Assembly (NCBI GenBank): GCA_048013815.1
Contig: CM106585.1
Span: 3,410,001-3,474,000 of the forward strand
Reading direction: 5' to 3'
DNA from: Setoptus koraiensis
Lineage: Eukaryota; Animalia; Arthropoda
Length of the DNA stretch: 64,000 nucleotides
The position numbers and the translations under genes were made by a program. This document shows positions 56,821 to 64,000 of this stretch, piece by piece. The notes beneath the pieces were generated by a model. The model made no database searches, had not been told where the DNA came from, and worked only from the letters and a program-made list of their open reading frames with translations. Each line of letters opens with the position of its first letter. The first letter of the stretch is position 1.

Positions 56821-59800
56821 ACAAAAGAGAGAGAGAGGCGAGTTCAGGCAGTTTCAGTGGCAGTTTGGCCAACTCACTGAGCTTACTCAAACGACCTCAT
56901 GGTGGCCGACAAACGAAAATTACATGCGACATTACATAAGAGACATTACGTAACATACTTGGCATGAGAGACATTACATAAGTGACACACAGGCATGAGG
57001 CAAAATGTGCTACAAGATGTGACTAGCGCCAGCTGACAAGAGATTGCGAGATGAATGGCGCCACTAGGGCCGAGCACACACCCAGGTGCCGCTTGATTCG
57101 GGCGACATTCTTGATTTAGAGCTTGAGAGAGACTGGACTGTGCATTGTCGTCGTTGTTTTGTCCATTCCAATTTCCACTGGCGGCTTGTTGGCTGCAGGT
57201 TGAGCGAGCGCCTGGCACCCAGCACAAGGTAAATAATTTGCCGGTGCCAGTGCCGAGAGACGAACGTGTAAAAGAGGCCCCTGCGCCTGTTGGTTTGTGG
57301 TGGGCGCTGGCTGTTGCAACTGTCACTTCTTCGCGCACCTCGGTCACTGGTCACTCGGCATCGGGCCAGTGACCAGTGAGCAGCATCTAGTGACCGTCGC
57401 TGTTGCTGGCTGCTCACTAGCCACTGGCGACTGGTTACTAGAGGCCGGTGACTGGCGACTGGTCCAACACTGTTGAACAGTGTTTACTGTTTATTGGCCG
57501 GCGACGGAGACGGGCATTATCGGCGCCGGCCGCTGTGACTCAATGAATGATCGAGCGAGAGCAAATATTGACTTTGTTGGCGCTGCAAAAGTTTGCGCTC
57601 GTTGCGCTGTCATGAGCCGGCATTAGTGAAAATTGACCAACTAGCCCAATGATTGATACTATACTCAACAACAACAATGGCTCACTGGCTGATAGATGAT
57701 TTCATATCCATGCCCCCATGTATCCCTTCCGTGAAGCGCTGTCTGCCAGCCATCATTCATGTCGATGCTGTCGGGCGAGCCATTGGCGACACTCTCGTTG
57801 GCTGTTGGGCCAAGTTGCGCGTCGCCAGTGTGTGCAGCTAGCCGGAATTAGTCGCGTCTGGCCACCTACACGACAACTAAGCCGACCGAGGCGACCCAAC
57901 GACCGAACGACCGGGCCACCCAACGACCGGCACGAGCCAACAACGACCCACAACGATCGAGACCAGAGACGACAAGCATCATTATCAATATCTGGCCGGC
58001 AACAGCCGCGCCAGACAACCAGCCTGACAAGCACTAGCCCGGGGCCATCGAGCAGCCGATGGGCACAAAGTGGGGCCAGCCCCACCGACACAGGAATGTT
58101 GCGGGCCGAGAGAGAGAATTTTGAGAGAATAAAATAATGTTCGGTGCTTTATTGTTGCGTGTAACCGGTGATAGTGGCCACTCTGGGCGGCCGCTTCTGG
58201 TCGGACTGTGCTGCCAAGACACATTGTGTTGTGTTGGCTCGGTGCAAGTTGGTTAGTGCCGGTCGCCAAATGGGCAATAAGTTGAATAGCTGGCTCATTG
58301 TTCCACCATCCATCTCGGCCCGTTCTGCCCATTTTGGCCCGCTTTGCCCATCTCGCCGGGCCTCTTCCCAGGCCCCACAACAGCAGCGACGGGCCCCACA
58401 GCGGCGACGGGCCCCACAGCAGCAACGACCACGACACAACAGAAGCGACCGCGATACAACAGAGCTGGCGAAACGGTTCATCATCATGTTGGTCATGACG
58501 AGCCAGGGCGACATTAGCCTGTGCGCGTGTGCGCGCCACGTGCTCCACATCCTGGCTGGCTCGTTAACTAAATATGTCCCGACTGACGGCGCCAACAATT
58601 GGTAGCGTTACGCAATCGGAGCACAAACTGTTTGCGCGCGCTGTGTGTGATTGGCGCACCGACTGCAGTTGTGCGAGCGACGATATCGATATTGCTATCG
58701 TTATCGCCGCCTTGAGTTGTGTGTGGCTGGCCCAAGGAGCCCGAGGAGCCCCAAGATCCTAACGAACAGCAACTGCGACAACGACGACGCGACCAGCAAA
58801 TTGGGGCCCAGGCCCAGATAAATCTGGCCCCGTGTCGCAGGAACGAATCTCGTTGGGCCAACAAAACGCTGGATGGGGTAAGCCCCGGCGAACGGGATTT
58901 GGCGTGAGTGATTTACTGGGCCGGCACGGTGCGGACAGTGGCGGCGGCTCACAAAAGCAGCGATTACTAACTAACTGCCACTGGCCAGTGCAGACTGTAG
59001 TCGCTGGCCGGTGCAGACTGTCGCCACTGGCGGACAGACCATAAACTATAACTGGTGTCATCATGGCGCCTGTCTGTTTACTTTATTCTTTTTACCACTG
59101 TCAACTAAACACCTGTCACTAGAGTCGCTGCTCACACAAGACAAGACAAGACACTCTCGCAAGAGGTCGCAATGGATATTTAGTCACGCGTTTTGAGTCG
59201 CTGTCGCTCAAATACCAATACTGGCTGCAATGTCACTAACAACCTTTGTTTACATAGGCTGCCCAGTTGCGCAACTAACAAACGTAACTGGCGCACGCAG
59301 CTACAGACGCAACTGCGGACCTAACTGCAGTGTGTCGGTATTTGTATTTTTACACGTATCGTGAGCGCGTGGAGACGCGCGTACAGTTGCGTCTCGTTGC
59401 GTCACATGGCGGCCGTATGTGCAGTGCGAGCGACTAACAAGCATTGTGATTTAGCACGTAACGGTGCCGACGCAACGTGTCGCGAGCCGTCTGATTGTAT
59501 GTGGCCACACTGGCACTCTCATACACGCGCGCACCAGTCGACGGCCAACATAATAATAATCTAGCCAAGGGCTCGTGCTCGTGCCGCTATCAAACTATCA
59601 ATCTTGGCCGAGCCGGTGCGAGCCTGTTCGAGCTGGTGCGAGCTTGTTTGGGCCGGCTCGGGCTGGTGCGAGCCAACAAAAGGTGGCGCCCGCACCAATC
59701 ATTGCGCGCTAAATTGGCGCGCGCTCGGTGTGATATGATTAAAATCACTTTTCATCATGGCAACACAGTGAGCCGACAGCGACCGGCTGACAGCATCACG

Positions 59801-60888
59801 CTGGCATCATCATTGTTGCGGCGAAAACCATTTTGCGTTCACTGGGCCCGCAATTGGGGCCCAGTGAACGCAAACTGGGCACTCGCCGGACTGTGCGAGG
59901 CCACACTGCGCCGTGCACACAGATAAGATAAGACCATAATTGTAGCGCGCGCGATAATTGAGCCCAAAAAGTGGCAAAAAGCGCACACAAACATTGTTAT
60001 TTAATCTGTTCTATTTACTTATTAAGTCTCGCCGTGCCCGGCTGCACCAACGCGCTCTATATCCGCCATATATCCACTGTGCATCGATACGCATGCCACA
60101 TTCCACGTGCATCGGCACGCAGCGCGCGCGGCCCAGCACGCGTTGCACAACGAGCTGCACAACGAGCTGCACAACGCGCCCCACAACGCGCGCCGGCCCG
60201 CCGACAGTCAGCGGCCGACAGTCAGCGGCTGACAGTCGGCGGCTGACGTTCGCGAGCCAATGCAAATTTGGCAACAATCAGACAAATTGTTTGCAAACTG
60301 CGACTCTCTGCTATCGTAATACCAGCCATCTGACTGTGTTCGCGCGAGGCGCCTATTTCATTTGCGGCGCCGCCAACAGCCAACGAGCCGCCACCAGTCA
60401 ACGAGCCGCCAGCAGCCAGCTTGCGATCTTGGCAACTCGCACCGTTTTGGCTTGCGCGCCGGCCCGCTAACGAGCGGGCCAAAATTGCAAAAATTGAACC
60501 GGCTCACAATTTGTAGCGACTGTCCCCGCTGGCCAGTCTCCAGCTCAAACTATGTAAAATGGCCAGCAGAGGGCGAGTTTAAGTGGGCACGTCCCGCCAG
60601 GCAAAGCCCAAACTAATGGCTTCTCTGGTTCGTGCGATGCCGTGCGATGTCGCGCGATTGTCGAGCGATTGTCGAGCGATTGTCGGGCGACTGTCGAGCG
60701 TCGGGCCTCGCACTGCACAGCGCACACGCACGGGCAAGGCACGATCGCGTGCCACAACTCAAAAACGCACAATTGCTCGTGCGGCGCGCGCGAGTTACGT
60801 TGAGAAATGTCGCGCTAATGAATCAAGCGATCGGCTAGCGGGGGCGCCGAGCTGATAATTAGCGCACCGCTGGCGCGGTGCGCAGTGC

Positions 60889-60962
60889 GTGCCGGACTCA
60901 CAACGTTGTCAGTGTGGTCCTAGCCAGACTGTGACTACACTGACAACGTAGTGAGGCCGCAC
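60889..60962 (+). ncRNA. Candidate pre-miRNA-like hairpin
   Basis: CTCAC-A-ACGTTGTCAGTGT-G-GTC (60897-60919) pairs with GAC-T-ACACTGACAACGT-A-GTGAG (60933-60955) with one A/A mismatch and one G:U; 13-nt loop; lower stem extends ~7 bp more. Structure only, no expression evidence. Confidence 0.35.
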
Positions 60963-61500
60963 CGGCCATGCAAAACGTGGAGATTAATTTAGATTAGCCG
61001 GCGAGCGACTCATCAATTCATCACAATAAAGCCTCTGTCAATTACATTACTCTGGCGCTGGCATCCGGTGACAATCCGCACAGCGTGTGCAGCGTCACTC
61101 GTGTGCGCGCAACTCGTCGAGTGTCGAGCGACTTAATTAGCGCGCTGCCATTGGCACGTTGCACTTGGCCCGATGGCGCGAGTGCTGAGCTTGCACTTGT
61201 TAAGTTTTGCCCTGTCTGGCCGGCAGCCTCTCAAACGCGCTGCTCGGATTTGGCTGATGCGCGGCGCGGCGCGGATTGCGCCCGATCGGATTGCGGGCCG
61301 CGCGCCAAGACCGTTATTGGCTCGGCACGGCAAAGTCATTAGCATATTATTGAATGCGACTGCCACTCGCTGTGTGCTCGCTCTGTTTAGATCTGCTCTT
61401 ATCTCGGCCGCTTGTTTGCCCCGTTCGGCCGGCTCTTGTCGCTTTTGGGGCCTCGCTGGGCGCGCTTCGGGTTTGGCACGGTGGGCTGGCACAATGGGCA

Positions 61501-61554
61501 CAGTGGGCGCAGTGGGCGCAGTGGGCGCAGTGGGCGCAGTGGGCGCAGTGGGCG
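61501..61554. repeat. 9-bp tandem repeat x6 (CAGTGGGCG)
   Basis: Read directly. Confidence 0.95.
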
Positions 61555-64000
61555 CAGTTGGCCAGCCAACCGCTGGGGCCCAGCACGCCAACTGTGCCCG
61601 CCGGTGTGCAGCGTCGCAAAAGGGTGCGCAATGTGCGTGGTGCACCCTTTTGTGTTTGTGTCAGATTTATCTATGCACAGCCGCAACTCTTTGTGTGTCA
61701 CTTGACAATTGTCTGTCAGCGTCATGTTTTATCCGGCCAACGGTGCACGCGCCAACGGTGCACGCGCACCAAAACAATAATCAAACGAGCGGCCAATTGT
61801 TTTGGCCTGTGCCTGACACAATAATATTGAACCGCTCACAAGTCCATTCTGTCGGCCGATTTTGCATGTTGCGGCCGCTATTATACGCACTCTAGTTATG
61901 GGCACACTGTTATATAATAGTTGTACGGCTGGCATTGTACATTATCAGCGCCTGTGTGGCGCTGATAATATAATAATAATGCAACGTTAATTACTTATTA
62001 AAACTCGCCCTGTCAGCCGCTGATAACCGGCCACCGTCGGGCGCCATCTAGCGCATCGGCGGTGGGCCCCTGAAACAGCGAGCCTGACGATCGGCGGGCC
62101 CAATAATCAATATTGGCTCGTATTACCGCGTGCTGTGAGCCCACTGCTCACTTTTGTGGCTCGCCTCGGCACATTGACGGCACACGGACGACACACCGAC
62201 GGCACACCGACGGCACACGGACGACACACCGACGGCACATTGACGGCGCACCTAGCTGCCAACGACGACAACAACACGCTATATTCAATATAGGCAGCCA
62301 TAAAGACTTGATTAGTGCGTTGCGTAATGTCATTTGAATAACATTCTTTGTCGCCAGTCTCGGCTTCTTTCTGCCGCTTGGCCCGTTCGCTCAATTTGCC
62401 GCTGTCATTGCGTGTATTTGGGGCCCCTGCAACTGTGCCCATGCCCAGACTGTGCCCAGTTAGCAGAGTGGTTAGCAGAGTCTGGTTGCTGGAGTCTGGT
62501 TAGCAGGGTCTGGTTAGATGTGGCGCCATCACGCATTGGCACTCGGACATATATTTGCGAGGGGGCGCTGTTTATGCGTTGTGTTGCCTGTCGCCTGTGT
62601 ATTAACATGAACCAGCCATAAGCCACGCCAGTGATTTTACCTTGACGAAAGTTGTTGCTTCAAATTAAATCTCTCAACGCTCAGCTTTCAACGTAATACC
62701 AATAATCATAATAACAGTGCCCAAACCCAGACTGGCGACCAGACACGTAAACACAATAAGCGCAACTTTAATGTGCTTACCCGCTCGCTCGCTGGCCTAT
62801 CGCTGGCCTGTCGCTGGCCGGCTTGTTGGCGGGGGCCCGCCATTGCAAGCCAGATACTATTTTTACTAACAAATTCAGAGCACGAATCAAGATGTACTTT
62901 TTCTCGCTTCGCACGGTGCTGTATGGTCGCTGTATGGTGCGTATGTTGTTGCGTACATTGGGGCGCCGTTGTTGCGCCGGTTGTTACTCGTGTTTCCGTG
63001 TGTCTGTTTGCTGGCCAGTGTTTGCTTGTTTGTGTGGCGCTGCTTGCTTGGGCCTTTTGGGGCCAGGGGGCGTCTTGTTGCTGGATGGAGTGGAGTAAGT
63101 CGCCGCTAATGCACCCACTAATACTAATACTGTCATTATTGACTCTAATGGGTTTTGCCCAATAATGCTCAACGGCGCAACAGCAACAACAGCAACAACG
63201 GCCGCACCAGCGAGCCGCGTTGCTGTTGTTGCACGAGCACGCGAGCCAACAACAACCAACAACAACCAAACTCAATTGTATCCACGTGTTTTTTCTTGGC
63301 GCCCTCTTGGCTCGCTGCAAACCATTGACCGGCGCTGGCGATTCAACGCCGCTCATCCAATGCCGCCCATTCGAAGCTGCCCATTCGATAGAGAATATAT
63401 ATATAAAGGCCATTCGGTAGGTTAGTCAATAAGTGCCAATTGGGTTGTTGCGCCGCCAGTGACAGCACTATCGAGATGAGGCCAGAAAGGTCTGGCTGAC
63501 AGTTTGCAGGGCGCCCAGTGACACAATAACAATGCGCAGTAATGATTATGATAAGTGGTCAGCGGCGCTAACAAATAGCCAACTTTGCCATTCCGCTCAC
63601 ACGACCCATTGCTCTGGCTGGTGCGACCGGTTCAACTGGTTTTACTGCTGCGGCGGCGGCGGCGGCATAAATGTGCTGGCGCATTGTGTAAAATCATTTC
63701 ACTAGAATCATTTCACTAGAATCATTGCAGTCATAGAATGTGTCTGTTTGTGTTGTGATTTCGCTGTGGGCCCGTTGCTCACAAACTGGCGCACAGAGAC
63801 TCTGCGCCAGAGTGACTTGCACGCCAATTACTGGTGCTTAAATTATGCTAAATTGAGTTCATCGGGCCACTTACTCTGGGCGCCGAGTTATTACTGCGCG
63901 CCAGTACAGAAGTGTAAGACGCTCGCCGGGGCCCAACAACCGGCGCAACTTGGCCGACTGTTGCAAAATGCGAGCAACTGCTAGAAAATGTGTGCAAATT

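Noticed and set aside
57344-57391. 12-bp inverted repeat followed by CTAG-T, like a Helitron 3' end
   Set aside because: The arms derive from the local CACTGG/CCAGTG micro-repeat, the hairpin geometry is atypical, and no 5' TC end or other copies were seen.

Overview
Eukaryotic, arthropod-like genomic DNA. The short GT-AG introns and Q/H/S/N-rich protein insertions are reminiscent of acariform mites, but that assignment is only inference. The only protein-coding genes I can support are two tandem, same-strand paralogues of a multi-cysteine-cluster 'long' Toll receptor (18w/Toll-6/Toll-7/Tollo clade). Each has 3 coding exons: copy 1 join(33627..34606,34718..36973,37071..38268), about 1477 aa, and copy 2 join(48722..49638,49750..52050,52711..53911), 1472 aa. 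The copies are a mosaic of near-identical blocks and unalignable or synonymously saturated blocks, which points to an old duplication patchily homogenised by gene conversion. Both have a shortened LRR ectodomain, large low-complexity insertions (one inside the TIR domain), a conserved C-terminal SVV motif and a K-box at the same 3'UTR position. The remaining ~55 kb appears non-coding. It is CpG-rich, alternates GC- and AT-rich tracts, and is packed with unrelated short tandem arrays and palindromes. Several of these arrays converge on bZIP (TTRYRYAA) or E-box cores. There is also a ~450 bp Tc1/mariner-like MITE upstream of copy 2, a 23-bp perfect palindrome and a pre-miRNA-like hairpin downstream. 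I found no CRISPR array, tRNA or rRNA.
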